DNA from: Eledone cirrhosa
Lineage: Eukaryota
Assembly: GCA_964016885.1 (NCBI GenBank)
Contig: OZ024743.1
Span: forward strand, 293,756,001-293,820,000
Reading direction: 5' to 3'
Length of the DNA: 64,000 nucleotides
Position 1 is the stretch's first letter. Every line of letters begins with the position of its first letter. Shown one piece after another: positions 53,105-64,000 of this stretch. A program made the translations under genes and the position numbers. The notes beneath the pieces were generated by a model. It searched no databases and was not told where the DNA came from. It saw only the letters and a list, made by a program, of their open reading frames with translations.

Positions 53105-56100
53105 TCAGTAGTTTATAGTACTGTATAGCTTACGGGGCCAATGCACCTTTCGACCTGAACGGGTCGTATTTCTGTATGTTGGTGGTGGGGGTGACGAAGA
53201 AACAAGTGTATGTGGCGAAGAAAAAGAAGGGGGCATTTGTGGTTCAAGTGTCACTGTGTCAGTGTCCAGATTGGCTCGTTTGAGGCGATCAACGGAAATA
53301 GTTTCCCTGGACCCCCTAATGTCCACTGTGAAATGTTTCTCTGTACGAGCAAGCACACGATAGGGTCCAGAGTACGGCCGTGTGAGAAGGGGTCTCACAG
53401 CGTCGTCCCTAACGAACACATGTGTCCACAAGGCAATATCCCTTGGGACGGCAGTTTTTACAGTTTGCTTCCTAGTGTCCATCGGTGGTAAATCCTGGAA
53501 GTAAGAATGAAGCCGGGACACGTAGGAAGCGGGATCCTGCGAAGCAAGATCAACAGGAGCAAGCATTTGCCCCGGTAACGCAAGAGGAGTACCATAAATC
53601 AATTCGGCCGGGGAGAACCCAAGGTCCACCTTTATTGTCGACCGAATACCTAACAACACAATAGGCAGGTACTCACTCCAACGTGAAGAGTCCATTGAAG
53701 CCCTGAAAGAGGCTTTAAGCTGTCTGTGAAATCTTTCCACCATTCCGTTTGATGCTGGATGATATGCCGTGGTTCTTATGCGAGTAGCGCCAATAATTTC
53801 TGTTAATTCACGGAAGAGGTTCGATTCAAATTGACGACCGCGGTCCGTTGTTATGGTGGTTGGTACTCCAAAACGAGCGATCCATGCAGATACGAGGGTA
53901 CGCGCTGTCGTTTCAGCAGTGATATGTCATAGGGATGGCTTCAGGCCAACGCGAAAAACGGTCAACGATCGTCAAAATATACGAATAACCACGACTAATC
54001 GGCCACGGGCCGACGATGTCCACGTGAATGTGACGAAATCTGGCATCAGGACAGGTGAAAGTTCCGAGAGGAGTTTTAACGTGCTTATGAACTTTTGACT
54101 TTTGGCAAGCGACACAGGAACGGCACCAAGCAGCAATGTCACGTCTCATATCAGGCCAGAAAAATCTGGCTGTTATGAGTTTTACCGAGGCTGTAGCTCC
54201 TGGGTGAGAAATGCCATGCAAAGCGAGAAATTCAGTTCGTCGATGACCAACTGGGACGAGAGGTCGTGGTGAGTCCAACGAGATATCACAAAGTATCTGT
54301 CCGTCAGCGGTTGATAAAGGAAGGTATTTCATATTGCAGTTAATGAACTCCGGTGATGTGCAATCCAATGATTCAAGCGAGGGTTGGTCACTGGCCATTT
54401 GACGCAAATCTATATCGTTAGACGACGAGATCGAAGCTATCGGGAGGCGAGACAATGCGTCTGCCGCAGTGTTCAAAGCACCCGGAATATGTTGAATATC
54501 ATTGGTGTATTGGGAAACAAAATCCAGATGTCTAGTTTCCCTAGGCGAATATTTGTCAGATTTTGATCTTAAAGCGAAAATCAACGGTTTGTGATCTGTG
54601 AAAATAGTGAACGCTCTCTCCTCCAGAAGATGGGAGAAATGTTTCACAGATAAATAAATTTCTAAAAGCTCACGCCCGAAAGTACTATAACGATTTTCGG
54701 CAGGCTTTAGCTTTCTCGAAAATAATTCCAGTGGTTGTTGTAAACCATCGCACTTCTGTTGCAAGACTGCGCCCACGGCGGTATCCGACACATCAATACA
54801 GAGCGATAGCTCGGCGTTGGGTATTGGGTGGGCGAGCAAAGACGTGCTCGCTAACGCCTTTTTCACTTTTTTAAAATCCTCAAGCTGCGTTTTATTTAAG
54901 GAAATATCCATATTCTTACGCCGGCAATTTTTAAAAATTTCTGTCAACGAGAACAGCAAGTTGGAACAATTAGGTACGAATCGCCTATCAAAATTTACAA
55001 GGCCTAAGAATTGACGCAATTGTCGTAGTGAACTTGGCGGAGGCAAATCCGATACTGCCTTAACCTTCTCAGGAAGAGGTCGAATACCATCGGCGTCAAT
55101 CAGATGGCCTAAAAATGTTAGTGAAGTCGAGCCGAAAACACACTTGGAAGCATTAATACGAACATTATATTTCTGTAAACGACGAAATACGAGACCCAGA
55201 TGCTTTGAATGCTGCTCAGGAGAAGAACTAGCAATCAACACATCATCGATATACGTGTACACAAAATCCAGGCCCCGAGTAACATCATCCATAAATCGTT
55301 GGAAGGTACTAGCCGCATTTCTTAGCCCGAAAGGCATAGTAGGAACTCGAAAGATCCAAAAGGAGTGGCAATAGCAGTCTTCGGAATATCCTCCTTTTTA
55401 ACCGGAATCTGATTATAAGCACGAATCAAATCGAGCTTAGAAAAAATTGTGCAACCTTGTAATGATGAAGCGAAATCCTGCAAATGCGGGATTGGATAAC
55501 GGTCAGGCACAGTAATCACGTTTAAGCGTCGGTAGTCACCCGTCGGTCTCCAATCACCAGAAGATTTAAGTACCATATGTAGAGGCGATGCCCAAGGACT
55601 TGTGGAACGCCGAATTATTCCTAATTCCAGCAAGTGGTCGAATTCAGACCGTGCAGCTTTCAACTTCTCTGCAGATAATCTTCGAGGACGTGAGAAAACG
55701 GGTGGACCTGTAGTGGATATAAAGTGTTCAATCACATGATCCGGACTAGCAATTCGTAATCTTCCTTGCGTCAGCTGTGGGAATGATTTTAACAAACTGT
55801 GATACTGGTTGCCCACTTCAGCCAAGAAAAAATCAGGGCTTACTGTGGCGATCTCCGGCTTTGTAGCCTCGAACGATAGGCCTGTATTAGCATAAAAAAG
55901 TCGTTGTCTGCGGATGTCAATCGACAAGGAAAAATGGTGGAGAAAATCCGCTCCCAAAATGGCGTATGGCAAGTCGGCAATAGCAAACTTCCACTGCAAT
56001 TCACGACGCAAATTTTTTAACTGAAGAGGAAGCGAAATTTGCCCGTACGTTCGAATGGCCGTGTGGTTGACTGCTTGTAAATTTATATTTGATTCAGATG

Positions 56101-56254
56101 GGGTTTTTTTGAGATAACTGACTGGCCAAATACTCAGCGACGCGCCAGTATCGACAAGGAAACATTTTTTCGACCGCGGGTCGTATACGAAAAGATGGCG
56201 GTCCGGTCGATTTTCCCAGAGTTCACTAGCCGCCCCTAGTGGCTCTGCTTTGCG
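53105..56254 (-). pseudogene. pol: pol (protease-RT-RNase H-integrase), disrupted by frameshifts near 56010, 55330 and 53920
   Basis: Protease: [10 protein letters not shown]: [37 protein letters not shown]. RNase H: RELLEIY, FTDHKPL. Integrase: [43 protein letters not shown]. Confidence 0.93.
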
Positions 56255-57090
56255 TTTTCCGATCTCTTGTAATTACAGGGCGTGCGACAACGTTGTGCCC
56301 TACTACCGAAGTTAGCATAATACCAACAAAACGAAGAATTATTGTTGTCTGCGTTATAGTGCTGGCGATGAATAGAAGACGGCGGCGAACGGTACTCGTA
56401 GCGGTTTCGAGGAATAGCAGACGGAGGCGAACGGTACTCGTAGCGGTTTCGAAGAATAGCAGACGGAGGCGAACGGTACCTCAAACGTTGAGAAGGCTCT
56501 CTGTGTTGTACGGTCAAATCCTCCACTTTTTGGGTGAGCGCTTCGATCATCTCCAACAGTTTGCTGTCGGCCACAGAAGAATTGCGTGGGGGAACAGAAG
56601 AAGAAGCCACACAAGGATTATGCCGACTGCTGTTAGAGTCCACCTCTAGTATTCTATCCGCGGATGCGGCAAGTTGATCTAACGATTCCCTCTCCAAATT
56701 ATTGACCAAGACCATCTGCGCACTTGGCGGTAAACGAGAGAAAAATAGTTGTTTGAGGAATGGGATGTCGCAAATAGGAGCTGGCGTCCTGTCACCCATT
56801 TGCGCATCATCTAACAATTCCCGAAAACGACTTTCCGCTGACTTGGTATTCCTCCGAATAATTTCCCCTTTCAACGAGCCATAAGTAACGTCTGCGGCTA
56901 AATTGGTTACCACATCCTTCACGGAATATGCCAACGACACAGGCAAGCCACTAACTAGTACCTTCAGTTTATGCTGTTCTTTGGTTTTGGTTAAATCAAA
57001 ATAGCATTCAAGCTGCAAAAACCATAACTTGATGTCGCCTGCGAAGCACGGCAAATGATGCCCAAAGATTTGATGAATTTTTAAGGCCAA
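56236..57090 (-). CDS. gag: Gag
   Basis: Contains [25 protein letters not shown] and [10 protein letters not shown]. The C-terminal [18 protein letters not shown] is a CHCC-type knuckle with H changed to Y. The exact start is uncertain. Confidence 0.8.
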   Translation of the reverse strand: MALKIHQIFGHHLPCFAGDIKLWFLQLECYFDLTKTKEQHKLKVLVSGLPVSLAYSVKDVVTNLAADVTYGSLKGEIIRRNTKSAESRFRELLDDAQMGDRTPAPICDIPFLKQLFFSRLPPSAQMVLVNNLERESLDQLAASADRILEVDSNSSRHNPCVASSSVPPRNSSVADSKLLEMIEALTQKVEDLTVQHREPSQRLRYRSPPSAILRNRYEYRSPPSAIPRNRYEYRSPPSSIHRQHYNADNNNSSFCWYYANFGSRAQRCRTPCNYKRSENAKQSH

Positions 57091-57432
57091 ATTATTTCTT
57101 CGAAGCAGCTATGCGACCAAAAAATGACACTGGAATCCAAAATCTTATTCTCGCGAATTCAACTGAAATTCTTTTTGAAAATTCTCGCCGGCCAAAATAA
57201 AATTTGCATAATAAAAAAAATTATTTTCCATGAAAATTATTCGGTAAGAAAATCCCAAGATGGCTGATTGAAAAATGTGTTTGTGATGAAGAAGCCGTCA
57301 TGTGGCACGATGCAGCCAATGAGATGGCTGGGATTGTAGAAGACAAGCTGTACGCGGGAAAACAAAATTTTTGAGTCTCCATTTTGTTATTTTAACAGAA
57401 GGTTGAAAGCAAAATTTTATATCCAGAGAAAT

Positions 57433-57469
<37 letters not shown>

Positions 57470-57718
57470 AGAAGTTGATGCAAAAGGAAAAATATTGTTC
57501 ACTCAAAGACAAGACACCAAACAACAACGGGCCTGAATTCCATATATAATAAATATCAATGATATAAAATAAATATCATTGTTGATAAAACGCTGGATGA
57601 GTTGTGATAAATTTTTTTTGTTTTTATCTAACTATACTTGCAAGGCAGGTCAGAAGGAGATACAATTCAGCAATACAGAAGAATTTTAAACACAAAAGAA
57701 TTTTAAAAGTTGTTCTTA

Positions 57719-57731
57719 GTCGGGGTCACCA
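57719..57731 (-). promoter_or_regulatory. Primer-binding site complementary to the tRNA-Trp 3' end
   Basis: The minus strand reads TGGTGACCCCGAC, starting 1 nt after the 5' LTR. Confidence 0.85.
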
Positions 57732-57732
57732 A

Positions 57733-58157
57733 TAAAGAGAAATGATATATCGTCCAGGTGTGTGAACGACATCTCATCTCTCTAAGATTATTAATTAAAA
57801 CAGAAGGGCTTTCGATAACAAGGCTAATCTTTTATTAAATGATTCATTTAACAAAACACAACATAATAATTACATTCATAGGACATACCCTGCAAGCTAA
57901 ACGGCAATGGCTTAATTCTTACATTCAAGAAGAGATATGAAAATGTCTTGGTCAAAAACAGGCGTTTTTACAAAGTACGTCCAAGTGGCAGGACAAAGGC
58001 GACTGGAATTGAAACCCAAATCTCTTGAGTTTTACATTGGCGTCTCTTCTTTTAGAGAACGCCGAGATAAGGGAAGTAATTCGCTATTTTTTTGTATTAC
58101 CCACAGGTGGTGACACTGCGTTGCTATAGTCAACACACTGTCGCCATAGTTACTACA
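57733..58157 (-). repeat. 5' LTR
   Basis: Near-identical direct repeat of 52255-52679. Confidence 0.95.
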
Positions 58158-59830
58158 GAACTAACACAATTTGTCGGTCTAGCTCGACCTAGAATATAAA
58201 CTGTGAAACACTGGCTGTTATGGAAGTCAGGAACAAGTTTGCGGGTACTATTGCATCCAAATATAGAGAACTCTCTGAGCAAACTGACGACCTTGAAGTA
58301 GAGAGGAAACTGTTCAAAACATCTGCTGATGTAGTACACGAGGTGTATGTGGGAGCGATGACTAACCTCTCGGACGCTGAGGTCACGAGAGCAATTAATG
58401 AGCTCAAATGTGGCAAGGCCGCTGGGGTAGATGAAATTTGGCTCGAGATGTTAAACGCTTTCAATAGAGAATGTATTCTCTGGCTGACTTGTGTGTGCTG
58501 GTTGCCCTGAATTTCTTGAAAGACACCCCCGTAATGACAATCGAGAGTGATAATAGCAATTAAAATAAAAAAGAGCCAATAGATCTACACTAATTATAGA
58601 GGGGTATCTTTTTTAAGCTTTCGCGGTAAAGTCTAGGCTAAGTGTCTGACAAATAGATGTAGTGTGATTATCGAGTCCAAGTTAGCTGACGAACAGTGTG
58701 GCTTTTGTCCCGAACACAGCACCATGCAGTCGGCCAAATATTCACACTGCAGCAAGCCTTTGTGAAATCGTTGAAGTATTGTCAAGTAGTGTATTCTTGA
58801 TTCGTTAACCCTCAAAAGGGCATACAACCACGAGCCAGGGGATCTATTGTGGAAGCTTCAGTAGGACCTACTGTGGAGGCTTTAGTAGGAGGATGGACAG
58901 CTTCTTGTTGCCCTGAAGTCTTTATATGAATGCCCAGTATTGGTATTTGCATAAATAGTGCTTTATCGAAACCATTTAATATGGATATCGTACTCCACCA
59001 AGAGTGCGTACTGTCACCTATCCTGTTCATTATCTTCATGGACAAGATTGACTTGCGCAGTCGGATTGGAACTGATATTGAGACAGATGGGTGTAGGATC
59101 AGTCGGCTTGATTTTGCAGACGACATGGTACTACTTAACTCGCTAGACGTTAATCTCCGACATGCACTTGATAGGCTTGCTGCTGTGTGCTGCGCACCAA
59201 GAATGGAAATAGTGCTGCAAATACTGAGACGCTTTTCCTCTCAAAGAAGCCTGCACATTGCACTCTACTTATGAATGTAATTCACTGAAGCGAGTGGAGA
59301 AGTTCAAGTATCTTGGGGCGCTGTTCACGAGTGCATTAGCTGGTAGAGTAATGCACCAGCTTCAACATTTGTTCATCAGAAAAAGGGAGGTAGGTGTAAA
59401 ACAAAACTCGTTATCTTCAATTCGGTATTCATGCCAACCCTTATCTTACGTAATGACCGAAAGAGTATATTCCCGAACGCAAGCGACTGAAATGGGGTTC
59501 CTCTGATGGGTCGCTGGAGTACTCGATAGACTTCGTAGCCCAGAGATCAGAGTGTCACTCTAGATAGAGCTGCTACTTCTCGGAATTGAGAGGTCACAGC
59601 ACCGATACTACGGGCATGTGGCCAGAATGTCTAAGGAAAGAATCACTGGATAGATTTCATGGGCAAAACCAACAGGCTGGAGACCCTGAAGTAGACCCCA
59701 AGCAACATGGTTAGATAACATCCATAAGCTTGACTGGTTCCATTTTGAGATTCAGCCGGATCAATTGGAGGCAGTTGTTTCTGAAAGGTCTTGTTAGATG
59801 GATTGATTGAGGATTCTAAGAAAAAGCTCA
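58158..59830 (+). pseudogene. RTE LINE, RT half
   Basis: KAAGVDEIWLEML, NYRGVS, DEQCGF, QECVLSPILFIIFMD, LDFADDMVL, VEKFKYLG and YGHVARM, with multiple stops and frameshifts. Confidence 0.88.
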
Positions 59831-60284
59831 ATGCTGCGAACCCGCATTTTTCCTATTTGTAGCTTAGCTGGCATTATTTGTTAGTTCTTCAATTCAATCA
59901 GACTCACTTTTTCTGTTATAGTGTTTTGGGAAAAATTTGATTTTGTGACGGTATTGTGATATTTTCTCTCCGACATTTTCTTTAAAGAATCACTGTGACG
60001 TGTTTGTTAAACTAATATGTTAGCTTATAATCAGTGCTCACAGAACAGTTAACTATACGTTAAATTAAAAATATTCAGAGTTACGAGTCTACATGATAAC
60101 TATGTAACAAAGTTACACAACTTAGCAATTTCACAAAAAAAAAAAGATATGTGAAAATACCCATGGGAGCTATACACGTAATTGTATGTATATGTCTATA
60201 TATCTATGAAAAAAAGCAATGGCGTTTACAAAACTAGTCCAAATTTCATGGCTTTCTTATTTTTAATTCTTGTAACGGGAATGT

Positions 60285-60645
<361 letters not shown>

Positions 60646-61029
60646 GCATCATGTGCTGAAAGTGGTTTGCGCCCAAATCTTCAAATCACACACGCACAAG
60701 CATGCGCTCATACACGTACACACAGAGCCTATAGCAAAACAGTAAATTAAGTAAATTTACTTTTCCTTTATTCTTGGAAGAGTTCATTAATTAATTTGTG
60801 CTCGTAAAAGTACTACTGCCACCTGTATCATCCGCGTCACTACGACCATTGCCATGAATAACATCTGCGCCTCTTCGCTATCACCTCTATTGTCCCCATG
60901 ACCTTCACTAGCCCTATTAACACAATCACCACTATCATCAACACCACCAGTATCACCACTGTGACTACCATTACCTCTACTATTAATCTCACAAAATTAG
61001 ACGCAACAATCATTATTACTAGCATAGTT

Positions 61030-61165
61030 ACGTCCCTTTACGATCTGAGTTCAAATCCCACCGAGGTTGACTTTGCCTTTCATCCTTACGAGGTCGATAA
61101 AATAAAGTACCAGTAATGCACTGAGGTAATTGCTGGCCTTGTGCCTAAAGTAGAAACAATTATTA
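61030..61165 (+). mobile_element. tRNA-SINE, partial
   Basis: GAGTTCAAATCCCACCGAGGTTGACTTTGCCTTTCATCCTTACGAGGTCGATAAAATAAAGTACCAG. Confidence 0.8.
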
Positions 61166-61283
61166 CTATCACTACCATAAACTCGACTACCAACACCCAC
61201 CCAAGCCCAACCTACCAACCATTTTTAGTAGTAGTGTTGAAAGTAGTGTTTGCAGTGGTATTATTACAAATAGTGTTGGTGAC

Positions 61284-61329
<46 letters not shown>

Positions 61330-61799
61330 TGTATTATTAACGGTAGTGGTGGTATTATTAATATTAGTGGTAGCAGTTTTATTGTCATTAGTGGTGATCG
61401 TCCTATTAGTAGTAGGATCGATAAAATACGATTCAAGTAATAGAGTTGATAGTAATCAACTATTATCCTCCCCACTCAAAATGTGATGCCTTGAGGCTGT
61501 GTTGTATCCGCCCGTGTAGCAACCGAGATGATGTTGATGTGTTAAAAATCAGAATTAGTTCTTCAGAATGGATGAAGAATTATGCATTTTGAAATAAATT
61601 CTCAAAAATGTCAGTTTTGCCTTTCTGTTGCCTTCAGGATTATGATGATGGATTCTTTGTTGGTCCTTCTTCTCAATCAACGTATATGTGGCTGAGTGTT
61701 TTCACAAACACGTGCACCCTTAATGTAAGTCCCAGGCGGTATTTACGCTGCAATCCATCCGACAGGCTTCAGTATAATTTCTATCTGATTTCACTAAAG

Positions 61800-62110
61800 A
61801 TATAGGTTGACCCGTGGCTCAGATAAACACATTTGCCCATGTTACCACACCATCGGATGTAGCCCTGGATCTCATCATTTCCAAGCGAACGTTTTAATTC
61901 ATGGCTGCTTCCTCTTCGTACCGGTCACCGTCGAGAGCTCAGGCGACCTTGGACACCGTACTGCCGAGCTCTTCTGTAAAATAATAACGTTAGCCGTCCG
62001 TCTGAGGAATGAGCCCCGCGAAGAGAGGTAGTAGTTGCAGCGGGTGTCACTGGCTATTGTCCACGGAAATGCCTTTGCAGTTTTGTCTGTGGGGTGCAAC
62101 CGAAACATCA
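61800..62110 (+). pseudogene. Second RLE (CRE-like) LINE 3' fragment
   Basis: FLFVPVTVESSGDLG...NEPRER**LQRVSLAIVHGNAFAVL, related to 33200-33690. Confidence 0.65.
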
Positions 62111-63940
62111 ACTCACCCTAGGCTCAGAGCCTATCACCCTATCCCGTTCCTCTTTTCTTCCGTGGCCTAATAGTCCCCTTTCCCTCTTTTTCATCTCATT
62201 TATGGAATTAATAGCCCATATTTTGACATTGAGTTCAATCAGTCTGTTAAGTCTCATAATTCAACATCGTTAAAATGTATGCCAGCTATATTTGATTCAA
62301 TCAATCGGCTGTAGGAGACTTTATACCACATAAAGATATAAACAGCAACGTTTTAATGTTTCAAGATTGAGGATGAGTAAATTTCCCTTACCTATTAAAA
62401 CAAGAACACGAAGTCAAGTACACATAGTTCATTGGTTTACTAATAAATCGTTGGAGCGACAGACAAAATACCCAGCAGTATGTTTTATAATTCTCTGCAT
62501 TCTGCGTTCAAATTCTCTCAAGGTCAACTCTGACTTCCTTTCTTTCGGGGTCAATAAAATAAAGTACCAACTCAGAGTTACGGATTAGTGGATGACGGTG
62601 AGAGTTCGGCTTTTCCGTGTTCGAACACATTGCACCTGTCATGTGGATCATATGAGTTAACTATTCGACTCACTTATACATTACAAAAACCTCACCTCTA
62701 CCGAAAAAATAAAACATTTATGTATTTGTTAGATTGTTGGATGACTTATATTTTCCAGCTCTTTGTGTTCGAAATAAAGTCCCTCTATAGCTTTCTTTCG
62801 TTGTAGAATTAATCCATTGCTCGGTTCTAGACCATCACTTTGTCCTTGTGTAACTTTAGGAGAGTAATTCTGTTGAAAGCATTCGAGCCAAGTATTCGGC
62901 TTAATAATATTTTCTTCTCTCCCATTTACCAATCTCAGCTGCTCAGAGAAGAGTCAAGATCACTGACTTTCTGTTCATGACTAAATAGAAAAGAAAACAA
63001 CTACAAAATCTCTTTAACAGAATACGAGCCACAAATATCTCAATCAGTTTTCCATTCTAACGCTGGCGAAAGATGCAAATCTCGGCTAGAATATCGATGA
63101 TGTCGTGACAAAATATTACAATTGTTTTTATAGTAACAATTACATGCCCATTTGCTATAACTCCTATTATAAAGGCGTTCAACTTTGTAGTGTTTTTGGA
63201 AGTCAATATTCCCTTCTCAAACATTACAGCCACCCAACAACAACACAAATAAGGATTCCAGCATATATATATATATATATACCATTCTATTTTATATCAA
63301 TGTGAACTGCTATTTTTAATGGCCATCTTTTCACCCCTTGATAATTTGTGTGTGAGACACGTTGGCTGAAAGCTTCTGACAGGAACGAAAAGATTGATTC
63401 CTTTTAGCTTCCCGTCCCCATGTAAAATTTGTAAATCAGTGGCGAGTTGAGAGATAGAGTCCTATCGGGTGCCAGTTGCTAATAGCTTTACCGTGTCAGT
63501 CGTCACAAACAGTCATGGCCGACATAGACTGGTCTTAGGATTCTGTCGGTCGATTGGTTATTGATTAGGCGATACCCGCTGATGAAGCCACATAAGCCGA
63601 TTGTGCATTGTTGAATAATATATGCAGACAGATCGTGCAGTGCACCTTACTGCTGCATTAGTCCGGCAGAAACTCGAGTCCGTGAACATTATAGGCACCC
63701 GTTTTACATGTGTTGTGTTGAAGCTAATAACTTTGTGTATACTCTGGGAATGTATCTTACATTGCCCATGGAATGCGCTGAGATACAATCGGTACTGGCA
63801 TTGATAAATATGCTGGGTCCGTCAACCCTTACTATATATATATATATATATATGTAAAAGGTAAATAGAAATAACAACACAATCGGTACAGTATATGGAA
63901 GGGATATATTAGGTTAACGCTTGATGTAACAGGAAGAGGG

Positions 63941-63976
63941 TCTTAACGTTTCGGACGCTAGTCCTTCATCAGAAGA
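63941..63976 (-). ncRNA. Intact minimal hammerhead ribozyme
   Basis: The minus strand reads TCTT-CTGATGA-A-GGAC TAGC GTCC-GAAA-CGTT-AAGA. Stems I and II are each 4 bp, and AACGTT is a palindrome. (TA)n lies about 90 nt downstream. Confidence 0.88.
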
Positions 63977-64000
63977 AAGAATGTGAAATAAGATAGATTG

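Larger units (their letters stand above)
52255..58157 (-). mobile_element. Full-length Ty3/gypsy LTR retrotransposon, CsRN1-like
   Basis: LTRs of 425 bp (52255-52679 and 57733-58157), a GAAC target-site duplication (52251-52254 / 58158-58161), a tRNA-Trp PBS, and the gene order gag-PR-RT-RH-IN. Confidence 0.95.

Noticed and set aside
63575-63610. CTGATGA-AGCC ACATAA GCC-GATT possible hammerhead
   Set aside because: Stem II is mismatched and GAAA is absent, so it is too decayed to support.

Overview
AT-rich eukaryotic genomic DNA made almost entirely of repeats. The SINE families and very long (TA)n/(TACA)n/(CA)n tracts suggest a mollusc, most likely an octopus or another cephalopod (inference). 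I see no convincing host protein-coding gene; most ORF-track entries are microsatellite artefacts. The recognisable content is: a young Penelope-like retroelement (RT plus GIY-YIG, 4535-6349) with a 952-bp inverted terminal copy; a complete CsRN1-like Ty3/gypsy LTR element (52255-58157, minus strand) nested in an RTE LINE; a palindromic mariner derivative; a Tc1 relic; three non-autonomous Helitrons; fragments of CR1-group, RTE and RLE-type LINEs; and many tRNA-derived SINEs. The most striking unannotated signal is a dense set of hammerhead ribozyme (HHR) motifs, more than a dozen counting intact and decayed ones. Two non-coding elements carry tandem same-strand hammerheads that would excise unit-length RNAs of 305 nt (21925-22229) and 518 nt (12478-12995). 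These are candidate retrozymes or circular-RNA-producing elements, probably mobilised by the neighbouring Penelope-like machinery into (TA)n microsatellites.
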